Notes under the pieces: generated by a model
The model's input: the letters and a program-made list of their open reading frames with translations, nothing else
Databases searched by the model: none
Told to the model about the DNA's origin: nothing
DNA from: Dehalococcoidia bacterium
GTDB lineage: Bacteria; Chloroflexota; Dehalococcoidia; DSTF01; JACRBR01
Reading direction: 5' to 3'
Length of the DNA stretch: 64,000 bases
Assembly (NCBI GenBank): GCA_040902535.1
Contig: JBBDXD010000006.1
Coordinates: 40,497 to 104,496, forward strand
Position numbers and translations under genes: made by a program
Shown here: positions 19,001 through 28,629 of the stretch, one piece after another
How the letters are laid out: the number at the start of each line of letters is the position of its first letter
How positions within the stretch are numbered: the first letter of the stretch is position 1

Positions 19001-21546
19001 GGCAGAACATGCTGCGACACGAACCGGCACTGATCACCGACGTCCGCGACGACAGTCCGCTGGCGCGGTCCTTCCGCCAGACGGTCGGTCAAAACATCAT
19101 CGATTCGACGTTCGACCTGGTGAATGCGGTGCTCGTCGTGCCGCTGGCGTCGCAGGGGGTGGTGATCGGCGTGGTCGCGCTGACGCACGTCGAGCGCGGG
19201 TTTTTCACGCAAGGAGACGCTTCGCTGGCGATGACGGTCGCGAACCAGGCTGCTGTTGCGATTCAAAATGCACGCCTGTTCGAAAGCGTCGAGGCGCGCA
19301 CGCGCGAGCTGACGACGCTGCTCGATGTCTCGCACGACGTGACGTCGACCCTGGATCTCGACCCGCTGTTGAACCTGATCCTCGACCAGGTGCGACTGGT
19401 CGCCGACTATGACCGCGCGTCGGTCATGCTCGTCGAAGATGACCAGCTTATGGTGGCCGCCGTCAACACCGTTGGCCCCGCGGGGGAGGGATTCGGCTAT
19501 CCGCCCGGGGCGCGCTTCCCGATCGACCTCGATAGTCCCGCATCGCGCGGGCTAAAGCGTGGGAGACCGATCGTCATCGACGACGTGCAGTCGGACGACC
19601 CGGCCGCGGTCGCCTATCGCGCGACGATCGATGCCTCGCCGGACGAACTGTCATTCCACAGTTGGATGGGCGTGCCGCTCGTACATCAAGAGCGCCTGAT
19701 TGGCATGCTGGTGCTCGCGAAGCGGGCTGCTGGCTATTACAAAGAGCGGCATGGGCAGCTCTCGGCCGCGATCGCCAACCAGGCGGCGGTTGCTGTCGAG
19801 AACGCGCGTCTGTTCCAGAGCGCAGAAGCGCGCACGCGCGAACTCTCGACGCTGCTGGACGTATCGCACGCCGTCGCATCGACGCTCGACCTGCGGTCGT
19901 TGGTGCGGGTTGTCCTCGAGCAAGCGAAGGCGGTCGTGGAGTACCAGCGTTCGTCAGTCACGCTCGTCGACAAGGAGAACCTTACGGTGTTCGCCATTCT
20001 GAACGCCGACGGCGACGATGTGCGATCATACACGCCGCCGGGAACGACGTTTTCGCAATCCGCCGCGGGTGTGCTCTGGGACACGCTCAGGACCGGAAAG
20101 CACGTCATCATCGACGACGTCCTTGGCGATTCGGCGCTTGCGGTCGCTTATCGGCGGCTGATTCCGGTCGACGCGGAGAATCCTGACTTTCACTCGTGGC
20201 TCGCGGTGCCGCTCTCATCGCAGGATGCGGTCCTGGGGCTGTTGTCGTTCACGCACCCGGACGCCGGTCACTACACCGAACGGCACGCGCAACTGGCGGT
20301 AGCGATCGCCAACCAGGCGGCGATCGCGATCGAAAACGCGCGGCTGTTCGACAGCGTGCAGCAGCGGACGCGCGAGCTTTCGGCGCTGCTCGACGTTTCG
20401 CACTCGGTGGCGGCGACGCTGGACCTGCCTGAACTTGTGAGGCTGATCCTCGACCAGCTGAAGCTCGTCAGTGAATACACAGGTTCATCGCTCTTAAGGC
20501 TGGAAGGGGAGAGCCTGGTCATCCTGGACTCGCGCGGCCCTTCCGGGCCCGAGCATGACATCATAGGCATGAGCTTTCCGATCGCGTCCGTGCCCGACTG
20601 GTGGCAGCGGTTCAGCGTCGGGCGACCCGTCATCATCGACGACGTGCGAGACGATTCGGAGGAAGCGCGGGCCTACCGCGCTGCGGTCGGCGATCGCCTG
20701 GAGCACCCGGCGTTCAACTTCGTGCGCGCGTGGATGGCCGTGCCGTTGATGTTGCAGGATCGCCCCGTCGGCATGCTCAGCGTCTCTCGCGACGAGCCCG
20801 GGTACTTCACTTCCGATCACGTGCGCATTGCGCGCGCCGTTGCGGACCAGGCGGCGATCGCGATCGAAAACGCGCGCCTGTACCAGCAGGCGCAGCAGTT
20901 CGCCGCCGTCGAGGAGCGGCAGCGCCTGGCGCGCGAGTTGCACGATTCCGTCTCGCAGGCGCTCTACGGTATCGCGCTCGGCGCGCGGACGGCGCGCACC
21001 CTGCTCGATCGCGATCCGGAGCGCGCGGTCGAGCCGGTCGAATACGTGTTGCAGCTTGCGGAAGCGGGCCTGACGGAGATGCGCGCACTCATCTTGGAAC
21101 TGCGGCCGGAGTCGCTGGAGAACGAGGGTCTTGTCGTAGCGATCGAGAAGCAGGTCTCGGCGACTCGCGCCCGCTACGGCATCAACGTTGATGACGTGCT
21201 TTGCGAGGAGCCGCCGGCGCCCATCGACGTGAAGGAGGCGATTTACCGGGTGGTGCAGGAGGCGCTACATAACATCGTGAAGCACGCGCACGCGAGCCGG
21301 GTCGAGGTGAAGCTGGGCTGCACGGACACCGAGATCACCCTGGAGGTCATCGATGACGGCGTCGGATTCGAGGCGGACGGTTCGTTCCCCGGGCACATGG
21401 GTCTGAAGTCGATGCGTGAGCGCACGATCAAGTTCGGCGGCGTGACCACGATCGAGAGCACAGCAGGCGAAGGGACGCGCATTCGCGTCCGCATCCCGCT
21501 GGGCGGCGCCGCTCCGTCCCGGGAGGCTTCGACCACGACGGCCTGA
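16099..21546 (+). CDS. giant hybrid-type sensor histidine kinase: TM-dCache-TM-HAMP-PAS-PAS-GAF x5-HisKA_3-HATPase_c
   Basis: 1815 aa. Two TM helices flank a Cache-like periplasmic domain, followed by a HAMP (RRMLTSPVESLVRGT...FNIMIEQ) and two PAS domains. Five GAF domains are each preceded by ENARLFxxVExRTRELSxLLDVSH. A NarL-type dimerisation/phosphoacceptor H-box (ERQRLARELHDSVSQ) and ATPase N and G boxes follow. Confidence 0.85.
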   Translation: MQFLPKRLGPKLNLSLLVFFLLLGGATSALVFFGFQRTQDDATDLSRQALEVQGSETLERLADQTSFSGQLIVQQATTDASAAASYLANAHQLGATVPWDPARLTPAPNGALIDPSTTRTTDVWVPASLEMNERLRDDLSGSATLDALFPTLERGNPDAVAIYYVTPSGAVRQYPPYGRNDSLPADFDFFSQPGFEDFRSGATAPTVARWTAPYESPAVLGLTITALAPVFQDGVYRGVIGVDVAVPRLIARVDAVRYTPGGYAFVIDRNGGLVPSRFSDDVQRLIDDPDKTQFASTVQAMRAGRSGFGRVDIGDEDVIVAYAPLGDLGGSLALVSPVDELTAQAAAVTSSIEEQGDQTLAFILATMLGFFIAGLLAAAWFNRRMLTSPVESLVRGTRAVAAGNYSVRMPIESTDELGMLADSFNIMIEQIDLGQQRLEQRNRELHGEIAERTRVEEELRRSEDLYRTLAHNFPNGTVVLYDRDLRFQIVDGQGIRSLGLAKEDVEGKLLDDLFTPRVRETLGSHMRVVFDGESSVFEIEAQDRVFVAYTLPLYDERSEIFAGMAMTQDITERKQAEAELAEREAQYRSIFASVSDGLIITGPDGAIVEVNPAFADMHGYSHDEMLAVHPMTFIDPESHHLFAEYSETVAAGGVYRCRATDVRKDGSTFPVEVMGRPVLYSGSPHVLGVVRDITEQVETERLLEQRVSERTREIAALLDISHAVTATLELKTLVAVILQQLGQVVENNAASVLLREGDELAIMEFDESVMGRPSTGGGLRFTLEAADAIWRQALQRQPAIIHDIYDDSELAASFREAVGGHLAGTFSHVRAALFVPLALQDEVIGVVAISHGTPGYFTEHNAALVMAIANHAAIAIENARLFARVEQRTRELSTLLELSHSVASTLSLNQLVPVILESLQAVIAYMGASILLRDGDELAIVTYDPSIDTSAPRQSPLRFALDESLPLWQNMLRHEPALITDVRDDSPLARSFRQTVGQNIIDSTFDLVNAVLVVPLASQGVVIGVVALTHVERGFFTQGDASLAMTVANQAAVAIQNARLFESVEARTRELTTLLDVSHDVTSTLDLDPLLNLILDQVRLVADYDRASVMLVEDDQLMVAAVNTVGPAGEGFGYPPGARFPIDLDSPASRGLKRGRPIVIDDVQSDDPAAVAYRATIDASPDELSFHSWMGVPLVHQERLIGMLVLAKRAAGYYKERHGQLSAAIANQAAVAVENARLFQSAEARTRELSTLLDVSHAVASTLDLRSLVRVVLEQAKAVVEYQRSSVTLVDKENLTVFAILNADGDDVRSYTPPGTTFSQSAAGVLWDTLRTGKHVIIDDVLGDSALAVAYRRLIPVDAENPDFHSWLAVPLSSQDAVLGLLSFTHPDAGHYTERHAQLAVAIANQAAIAIENARLFDSVQQRTRELSALLDVSHSVAATLDLPELVRLILDQLKLVSEYTGSSLLRLEGESLVILDSRGPSGPEHDIIGMSFPIASVPDWWQRFSVGRPVIIDDVRDDSEEARAYRAAVGDRLEHPAFNFVRAWMAVPLMLQDRPVGMLSVSRDEPGYFTSDHVRIARAVADQAAIAIENARLYQQAQQFAAVEERQRLARELHDSVSQALYGIALGARTARTLLDRDPERAVEPVEYVLQLAEAGLTEMRALILELRPESLENEGLVVAIEKQVSATRARYGINVDDVLCEEPPAPIDVKEAIYRVVQEALHNIVKHAHASRVEVKLGCTDTEITLEVIDDGVGFEADGSFPGHMGLKSMRERTIKFGGVTTIESTAGEGTRIRVRIPLGGAAPSREASTTTA
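18225..20900 (+). repeat. intragenic tandem repeat: five ~540-nt GAF-domain units
   Basis: The linker motif ARLF..VE.RTRELS.LLDVSH recurs at about 18.23, 18.77, 19.31, 19.85 and 20.37 kb. Confidence 0.6.
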
Positions 21547-22522
21547 GCCTCGCTACACACTGCCTTCGAGGTGGATAGGGGTCTTGCGCGGACTTCCTGT
21601 GTAACGCGAACTGCCGACGACCCACGCGGGGGTATGTGGCATGCCGCGCCTTCCTTGTCTTTACGCGCGGCGGTCGCTGTCTATCGCCCTCAGCGGAGGG
21701 GTCGCGCCAACCTGGTTGGCCGTCTGGCGCCGATCCCGCGCTGACGACGCAGGTTCGCTCGGCTTATCTGCGCGCGCCGATCTGCCGCGTACTTATCCCA
21801 GAAGCTCTTTTCTCCCTTCATGATGGTTGCGATCCTCCGATGCGGTCGATCGACAGCAGCAACGCGATCCGTCACGGCTGATCCTGTTTGTCCTCACGAG
21901 CCGTGCCCGAGCCTGGGCGGACATCAGTGGCTCCTCGCCGCTCCCGATCCGCGGCGACATCCGCCTCCATATGCGTGCGCATTTCACGTTGCGCCGCCTC
22001 GGTCTCCTCTCGAGCAACACCGCGCAGCGACGGCGCGGTTTCCTTGACACGACGATTGAACAGGTGTTTGCCGAGCGTCATTCCCAACTCCATTCCTTAT
22101 TCGGTGCGAAAACACGCTCCGAAGTGTCGGTGAAGAGGCGGAGTGTCCCGATCGGCTGGTGCGTCGTGGAGAGTCGAGGAGGAGGCTTCGTCTCTGAGGG
22201 TGGATGCCCTACCTTCGCGGGCGGTGTGTCATGCGCAGCGTTGCGTACGGGGATGTACGAGTCCGCTGCATTTGACCTGATTATCATACCACGCTCGGCG
22301 CTAGTGCGCGGAGGAGACGCTCGCCGGCGGCGATCCTGAAGCGCGTTTGCTTCGCTTACTGGGGTGCGGTACGTTGCACACATTAATCCTCCTCCGCAGT
22401 TCTCCTGTTCGATACGGGTTCTCCGCCGCACATGACGACTTCTACGGCCGAGGTCGCCAGCGTTCGCGTCTGGTGATACCGATATGCCGCGTCCTCCGCT
22501 GACGCCGAGGAATGGGAGACGC

Positions 22523-22765
22523 ATGTCAATCCAGATACCACAGAGCACCGTCCTGCGGGACATCAACGGCATGTCTGAGCGGGTCCGCGTCCTGCGCCGG
22601 ATCGACGCCGTGGCGAACAGTACGCAGATCAAGGCCGCCGAGGGGCAGTTACGAACGAAGTGGCAGGAACTGCGCGCACTACGCGCCGGGACGGTCAGTC
22701 CGCAGGGCGGGCAGCGCGAGGGGTCTCATCTGTATCGCGCGCTTGCAATTGAGGAAGTTGATTGA
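22523..22765 (+). CDS. small hypothetical protein (80 aa)
   Basis: ATG is preceded by GGGAGAC. Its TGA stop overlaps the ATG of the next ORF (ATGA coupling). Confidence 0.35.
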   Translation: MSIQIPQSTVLRDINGMSERVRVLRRIDAVANSTQIKAAEGQLRTKWQELRALRAGTVSPQGGQREGSHLYRALAIEEVD

Positions 22766-22965
22766 TGACAGCAGCAGATCTTCGACACGTCCGATTGGAC
22801 CGAGCCCACATGCAGGGTAAGGTGATCGCCGCGAACCTGGAGCATCTCGCCCGCGTGTTGACGGCGGCAGAGCCGGAGCTTCGCGAGGACCTCGCGTCGT
22901 TCACAGACCGCTTCGGATGGTACGTCCGCAAGCTCGAACGGGCCTCCGCCAAAGGTCTCATGTAG
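22762..22965 (+). CDS. small hypothetical protein (67 aa), translationally coupled to preceding ORF
   Basis: ATGA overlap with the upstream ORF; helical composition. Confidence 0.35.
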   Translation: MMTAADLRHVRLDRAHMQGKVIAANLEHLARVLTAAEPELREDLASFTDRFGWYVRKLERASAKGLM

Positions 22966-23080
22966 CCCATCCCCCGAAGGTCAACGCCAGGAACGCCCTC
23001 TGTGCGATACGGCGCAGCTCCCACGCGCCTATAACTGACTGAGACGAGCGAACCAGATCAGACGCAAAGAGGAGCCGTAC

Positions 23081-25306
23081 ATGTTTTCGTTTCTTTCCCC
23101 CCAACGACTCGCACACCGAAGCGCCCGCCATCCCTGGCTGACGGTCGGGCTATGGGTCGTGCTCGTCGCCGCCGCGGTGGTAAGCGCGGGCCAGCTCAAG
23201 ACGGACGAAGAGGCGCACATTCGCGGCGCCGAGTATGAGCAGGCGGACAGCCTGCTCGACGACCTCAATGGCGAGACGCCGCCGACCGAAACAGTCGTCG
23301 TGCAGGGAGCCGCGGACGTCGATGACCCGGCGTACCGCCTCTTCGTCGGACAGCTTCTCGGACGGCTTCGGGCGACCGAGGGCGTTGTTTCGGCTGCCAG
23401 CTACTACGACGCCGGCGACCAGTCCTTCGTCTCCGACGACCGCTCGACGACGATCATCCCGGTCGTGCTCGATGGCGACGTCAAGGAAGCGGCGACGACC
23501 GTCGGGCCGATGCTGGACGCGATCCAGGAGGCCAACACCGACGGGTTCTCCGTGACCACAGTCGGCGATGGCAGCTTGGACAAGGAACTGACCGCGCAAT
23601 TCGAAAGCGACCTGCAGTCCGCCGAGATCATCGGCCTGCCGGCAGCGCTGATCGTGCTGCTGTTCGTGTTCGGCGCGGGCGTGGCAGCCGGCGTCCCGGT
23701 GCTCATCGCGCTGCTCAGCATCGCCGTGGCGATGGGTGTCACCGCGGTGATCAGCCGCTTCTTCGGCGTCAACAGCCTCGCAGTCAACATGATAACGATG
23801 ATCGGCCTGGCGGTCGGCATCGACTACACACTGTTCATCGTCGAGCGTTTCCGCGAGGAGCGGGCGCGCGGCATCGAGAAGCTTGAAGCGATCGGGATCG
23901 CCAGCAACACGGCGAGCCGCGCGGTGCTGTTCTCGGGCATCACGGTCGTGATCGCGCTGGCTGGCATGCTGGTCGTGCCGGCTTCGACGTTCGTGGGCAT
24001 GGCGATTGGCGCCATCCTGGTGGTGGTCGCGGCCGTCGCCGCTGCATTGACGCTTCTGCCGGCGGTGCTGAGCCTGCTCGGCGACAAGGTGAATTTCCTG
24101 CGACTGCCGTTCGTAAAGGCGAGCACGCCTGAGTCGAGCGAGAACGGCTTCTGGGCTCGCACGACGCGCATCGTCGTGGCGCACCCGGTGGTCGCTATCG
24201 TGGCGACGGTCAGCGTGCTGCTCGCGGCCGCGGCGCCGGTCGCGACGATCAAGTTCGGCAGTTCGGGGCTGCGTGATTACCCCGGCAGCCTGGAGTCGGT
24301 GCAGGCGTTCCGTGTGCTCGATACTGAGTTCTCGGCGGGGCGGCTGGGTCCGGCGCACATCATGTTCGAGGGCGATGTGAACTCGCCGGAGTTCCAGCGC
24401 GACGTGGATGAGCTGCGACAGCGGCTGGGAAGCGAAGCAAGCGTCGCGGAGATCCGCGAACTGCACGCCAACGAAGACGGGACGATCGCGAACCTGGACG
24501 TCATCATCGACGGCGACTCGTTCGGCCCCGATGCGCTCGCCACGGTCGAACGCATCCGCAACGAGCACATTCCTGCAGCGTTCGACGGGTCGGACACCGA
24601 CGTGTACGTCGGCGGCGCAGCGGCGAGCACGAAGGACTACGTCGACACGATGACGACGTACTTCCCGATCGTCGTTGGCTTCGTGCTGGCACTGAGCTTC
24701 GTGCTGCTGACGCTCGTGTTCCGGTCGATCGTCATTCCGGTGAAGGCGATTATCATGAACCTGCTGTCCGTCGGTGCGGCGTACGGGTTGATCGTGCTGG
24801 TGTTCCAGCACGGAGTCGGCGCCGAACTGTTCGGGTTCCAGCAGACGGACAGCATCGCCGCGTTCCTGCCGGCATTCCTGTTCGCGGTGCTCTTCGGGCT
24901 GTCGATGGACTACCACGTGTTCCTGCTGAGCCGCGTGCAGGAGCGCTTCCTGAAGACCGGCGACAACACCGAGGCCGTGGCCTACGGCCTGCGCTCGACG
25001 GCGCACATCATCACGGGCGCTGCGGCGATCATGATGGTCGTGTTCGGCGGTTTCGCGCTGGGCAGCATGGTCGAGATGCAGCAGGTGGGCTTCGGCCTGG
25101 CGGTCGCGGTGTTCATCGACGCGACGATCGTGCGGTCGGTGCTGGTGCCGGCGAGCATGGAAGTGCTCGGCGCGCGCAACTGGTATCTACCGTCGTGGCT
25201 GCAGTGGCTGCCCAAGATCAACGTCGAAGGCACACCGGACGTCGAGCCGGCGCGGGTGCCGGCCCAGGCGCCGGAGTTCATCCCGGTGGGCGCAGGCGGC
25301 GACTAA
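23081..25306 (+). CDS. MMPL-family (RND superfamily) membrane transporter
   Basis: 741 aa with two 6-TM bundles, two periplasmic loops and MmpL/MMPL conserved motifs. RBS AAGAGGAG is upstream of ATG 23081. Confidence 0.85.
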   Translation: MFSFLSPQRLAHRSARHPWLTVGLWVVLVAAAVVSAGQLKTDEEAHIRGAEYEQADSLLDDLNGETPPTETVVVQGAADVDDPAYRLFVGQLLGRLRATEGVVSAASYYDAGDQSFVSDDRSTTIIPVVLDGDVKEAATTVGPMLDAIQEANTDGFSVTTVGDGSLDKELTAQFESDLQSAEIIGLPAALIVLLFVFGAGVAAGVPVLIALLSIAVAMGVTAVISRFFGVNSLAVNMITMIGLAVGIDYTLFIVERFREERARGIEKLEAIGIASNTASRAVLFSGITVVIALAGMLVVPASTFVGMAIGAILVVVAAVAAALTLLPAVLSLLGDKVNFLRLPFVKASTPESSENGFWARTTRIVVAHPVVAIVATVSVLLAAAAPVATIKFGSSGLRDYPGSLESVQAFRVLDTEFSAGRLGPAHIMFEGDVNSPEFQRDVDELRQRLGSEASVAEIRELHANEDGTIANLDVIIDGDSFGPDALATVERIRNEHIPAAFDGSDTDVYVGGAAASTKDYVDTMTTYFPIVVGFVLALSFVLLTLVFRSIVIPVKAIIMNLLSVGAAYGLIVLVFQHGVGAELFGFQQTDSIAAFLPAFLFAVLFGLSMDYHVFLLSRVQERFLKTGDNTEAVAYGLRSTAHIITGAAAIMMVVFGGFALGSMVEMQQVGFGLAVAVFIDATIVRSVLVPASMEVLGARNWYLPSWLQWLPKINVEGTPDVEPARVPAQAPEFIPVGAGGD

Positions 25307-25325
25307 CGAACGGACAACGCGTTAC

Positions 25326-25356
25326 AAAGAGGACCGGCTCGGAGCCGGTCCTCTTT
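25326..25356. terminator. bidirectional intrinsic terminator, perfect palindrome AAAGAGGACCGGCTC-G-GAGCCGGTCCTCTTT
   Basis: 15-nt arms with a T-run on both strands, between convergent mmpL and the P450 gene. Confidence 0.6.
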
Positions 25357-25438
25357 GCGTCATGCCACGCTGGCGACGCTGTTGGCGACGAAGAGCGCAA
25401 GAGGCTCATGGAGGGCAGACTGCCAGAAAGGGCCCCGG

Positions 25439-26677
25439 CTAGAGCAGCACCGGAAACGTCGCCAGCCCTCGGAAGCTCGGGATCTTCCTGTGCTCGACCG
25501 GCTCGGCGCTCAGACGCAGGGATGGGAAGCGGCGCACGATGGTCGAGACGGCGATCTGCGCTTCGAGGCGGGCGAGCGGGGCGCCGAGGCAGTAGTGCAC
25601 GCCGCCGCCAAACGAATGATGATGCGTGTCCGCGCGGCTGATATCGAACTTGTGCGGGTCGGGATACGCGTCCGGGTCGTGATTCGCCGCTGAAAGCTGC
25701 GGGGTCACCGATTGGCCCCGCGCGATCGGGCAGCCGCCGATCTCGACGTCCACCATGGGCGTGCGGCCCGACTGCGTCACCGGGCTGTCGTAACGCAGCA
25801 TCTCTTCGATCGCGTTCTTGATGAGCGCGGGATCCTCACGCAGTTTGCGGAGTTGCTCTGGATTGCTCAGCAATGCGTAGACGCCATTGCCGATGAGGTC
25901 GGTCGTCGTGACGTTACCCGCGGTGAGGAGCAGGTTGCACATGGTGACGATCTCGTCATCGGTGAGCTGGTCTTTGCCTTCTTCGACGTGCATGAGCGAG
26001 TTGATCATGTCTTCGCGGGGGCGCTCCCTGCGCTCGGCGATCGCGTTCTGGAAGTACCGGTTGAGCGCGAGCGAAGCTTCTTCCGCATTGGCGCGTTCTT
26101 CTGCTGACAGCAGGGGGTTGAAGACCATGACGACGGCGTCGGACCAGCGCTTGAAGTCTGCGCGGGCGCCGGGATCGACGCCCAGCATCTCGGCGATGAC
26201 GATCGTCGGAAGCGGCGCGGCGAACGATTCGATCAGGTCGAAGCCATCGCCGGCGGCCACCACATTCAGCAGCTCATCGACGATCTCCTGGATGCGGGGC
26301 GCCATTTGCTCGACCGCGCGCGGCGTGAACGCCTTGCTGACGAGTCCACGCAGGCGTGTGTGGTAGGGCGGATCAGCGAAGAGCATGCTCGGCTGGAAGT
26401 CCTGCTCCTCCGCACGGTACAGAAACATCTTCTCGAACGTGCCTTCCCCCGCATTACGCGGGTCGACTGACAGCGAACGGTCGCGCAGCAGCGCATCGAC
26501 GTCGTCGTGACGCGTGAGCACCCAGCGGCCGAGTTGCTCGTCGTGGTGCACGGGGTCGCGCTCGCGAAGCTCATCGAGCACGGCGTGAGGGTCGGCCTGG
26601 AAAGCCGGGTCGAGGGGCGTGAGCTGCACACCTGTCGGCACCGGGCGGGCGTTCGTGGACTCGTCGGTCATCGCCAT
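25439..26677 (-). CDS. cytochrome P450
   Basis: Heme-binding loop FGGGVHYCLGAPLAR, an ExxR motif, and I-helix AGxxT-like LLLTAGNVTTTD. Confidence 0.9.
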   Translation of the reverse strand: MAMTDESTNARPVPTGVQLTPLDPAFQADPHAVLDELRERDPVHHDEQLGRWVLTRHDDVDALLRDRSLSVDPRNAGEGTFEKMFLYRAEEQDFQPSMLFADPPYHTRLRGLVSKAFTPRAVEQMAPRIQEIVDELLNVVAAGDGFDLIESFAAPLPTIVIAEMLGVDPGARADFKRWSDAVVMVFNPLLSAEERANAEEASLALNRYFQNAIAERRERPREDMINSLMHVEEGKDQLTDDEIVTMCNLLLTAGNVTTTDLIGNGVYALLSNPEQLRKLREDPALIKNAIEEMLRYDSPVTQSGRTPMVDVEIGGCPIARGQSVTPQLSAANHDPDAYPDPHKFDISRADTHHHSFGGGVHYCLGAPLARLEAQIAVSTIVRRFPSLRLSAEPVEHRKIPSFRGLATFPVLL

Positions 26678-26732
26678 GACGGCCTCCTGTGACGTACAGG
26701 ATCGCGGGAAGACGCGACAACGGCAACCGCGC

Positions 26733-27458
26733 CTATAGCGGCGTGTCGACGATCAGCAGTTCGCTCGTCGCGGCCGCCTTTACATCTAACGCGCCACCGC
26801 CGGTGATCTTCGCGGCATCGCCCGTCGAAAGGCGCTCGCCGTTGACGTCCGCCTCGCCGTCGATCAGGTAGAAGTAGCCGCCGCGGCCCTCATCGAACTG
26901 GTGGCTGACGCCCGCGTCCGGGTCGAGCTTCGACACGAACATGCGGACGTCCTGGTGCACCGTCACGCCTTCGCCGTCGGTGCCGATGGGCCGCAGGATT
27001 TGCAGCAGCCGGTTGTGGCGATCGGCCTCACCGTATTGTTTCTGCTCCAGCGATGGTTCTAAGTTGCGCTCGCTGGGCAAGATCCACATCTGGATGAACT
27101 GCATGTCCTCCGTCTGCGAGTGATTCATCTCCGAGTGCATGAGACCGGAGCCGAGCGTCAGTCGCTGGACCGCGCCGGGATTGAGCACGCCCTCGCCGCC
27201 GCCGGTGTCGGCGTGCTCGAACTCGCCCGCGACGACGTACGTAATGCCTTCGACATCGCGGTGCGGATGCATGGGCCAGACGGCGCCCGGTCGCAACGTG
27301 TCGTGATTGAAGACGCGCAACCAGCCGATGCTCGTGTTCTTCGGGTCGATGTAGTAGTCGAAGCTAAAGTGCCAGCGGGCGTGGAACCAGCCGCCATCGG
27401 TCTCGAAGATCTCCTTGTCGCGGCGGACGGTGAGGGGCGCCTGCGTGTTGGTGGTCAT
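26733..27458 (-). CDS. pirin family (bicupin) protein
   Basis: Pirin N-terminal metal-binding motifs HPHRDVEGITYV and a pirin-like C-terminal cupin. Confidence 0.8.
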   Translation of the reverse strand: MTTNTQAPLTVRRDKEIFETDGGWFHARWHFSFDYYIDPKNTSIGWLRVFNHDTLRPGAVWPMHPHRDVEGITYVVAGEFEHADTGGGEGVLNPGAVQRLTLGSGLMHSEMNHSQTEDMQFIQMWILPSERNLEPSLEQKQYGEADRHNRLLQILRPIGTDGEGVTVHQDVRMFVSKLDPDAGVSHQFDEGRGGYFYLIDGEADVNGERLSTGDAAKITGGGALDVKAAATSELLIVDTPL

Positions 27459-27570
27459 CGCTATCTCTCTTTCTCCACGAGTCGCTCCATCCATCGTAGC
27501 TAAGATGAGCTACCGTCGGCCCGCCGCTTCGGTTACAACATGCGTGCCCGCGCGGAACCGAGGAGGAAGC

Positions 27571-28392
27571 ATGTCGAAGCTCGATGGCAAGGTCGCGGTG
27601 ATCACCGGCGGCGCAAGCGGCATGGGCGAGGCCACCGTCCGGCGCTTCGTCGACGAGGGGGCGCGCGTGGTCATCGCCGACATCCAGGACGCGAAGGGCG
27701 AGACGATTGCCGACACGCTCGCGGGCGCGGCCGTGTATCAGCGCACCGACGTCGCATCCGAGGAGGATGTGAGGACGTCGATCGAGCGCGCGCTCGCCGA
27801 GTATGGACGGCTCGACTGCATCTTTAATAACGCCGGCTTCGGGGGCGTATCGGGCCAGATCGAAGAGATCCCCGTCGAGGAATACGACTTCACGATGAAC
27901 GTGCTGCTGCGCGGCGTGTTCCTGGGCATGAAGCACGCCGCCCCCGTCATGAAGCGGCAGGGAGGCGGCAGCATTATCAGCACGGCGAGCGTGGCCGGCA
28001 TGTCCGGCGGCCGCGGACCGCACATCTACAGCGCCGCGAAGGCGGCGATCATCAACCTGACGAAGTCCGTCGCGGTGGAACTCGGCGAGTCGAATATTCG
28101 CGTGAATTGTATCTGCCCCGGCGCGATCGCCACGCCGTTGCTCGCCCGCGCCATCGGCGACGATGATGACGCGATCGATCAGCTCAAGATCAGGCTGGCC
28201 GGCATCCAGCCCATACCACGAAGCGGCGCCGGCGACGACATTGCGTCGGCGGCGCTGTGGCTGGCGAGCGACGACTCGACGTTCGTCACCGGCCATGCGC
28301 TCGTCGTCGATGGCGGGCTGACCGCCGGTCCGGGGTGGCAGGGGCGCACGCAGGCGTTCCGGGAGTACCGGCCGGCACGGCGTGTCGAGTGA
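27571..28392 (+). CDS. SDR-family NAD(P)-dependent oxidoreductase
   Basis: TGGASGMG Rossmann motif, NNAG, and catalytic Y-x3-K (YSAAK). AGGAGGAAGC RBS is upstream of ATG 27571. Confidence 0.85.
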   Translation: MSKLDGKVAVITGGASGMGEATVRRFVDEGARVVIADIQDAKGETIADTLAGAAVYQRTDVASEEDVRTSIERALAEYGRLDCIFNNAGFGGVSGQIEEIPVEEYDFTMNVLLRGVFLGMKHAAPVMKRQGGGSIISTASVAGMSGGRGPHIYSAAKAAIINLTKSVAVELGESNIRVNCICPGAIATPLLARAIGDDDDAIDQLKIRLAGIQPIPRSGAGDDIASAALWLASDDSTFVTGHALVVDGGLTAGPGWQGRTQAFREYRPARRVE

Positions 28393-28425
28393 GGCTTGCT
28401 ACCCTGTCAGTCAGGAGATATCACC

Positions 28426-28626
28426 ATGTGCCGGAGCATCAAGACGCTGCGTCGCAAGGACGAACCTGCCACCGACGACGAGATCGTCGCGGCGGCGCTG
28501 CAGTTCGTGCGCAAGGTCAGCGGCTATCGCCAACCCTCGAAGACGAACGCCGACGCCTTCGACGCGGCCGTCGATGAGATCGCGCGGTCATCGCGGCGCT
28601 TGCTCGAAAATTTGAACCCGCGCTGA
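28426..28626 (+). CDS. DUF2277-like small protein
   Basis: 67 aa (MCRSIKTLRR...). RBS AGGAGA is upstream. Confidence 0.45.
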   Translation: MCRSIKTLRRKDEPATDDEIVAAALQFVRKVSGYRQPSKTNADAFDAAVDEIARSSRRLLENLNPR

Positions 28627-28629
28627 CGC

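Noticed and set aside
23150-25006. 618-aa ORF antisense to mmpL
   Set aside because: It is entirely contained within a strongly supported MMPL transporter gene on the opposite strand and has an Arg/His/Asp-rich low-complexity translation.
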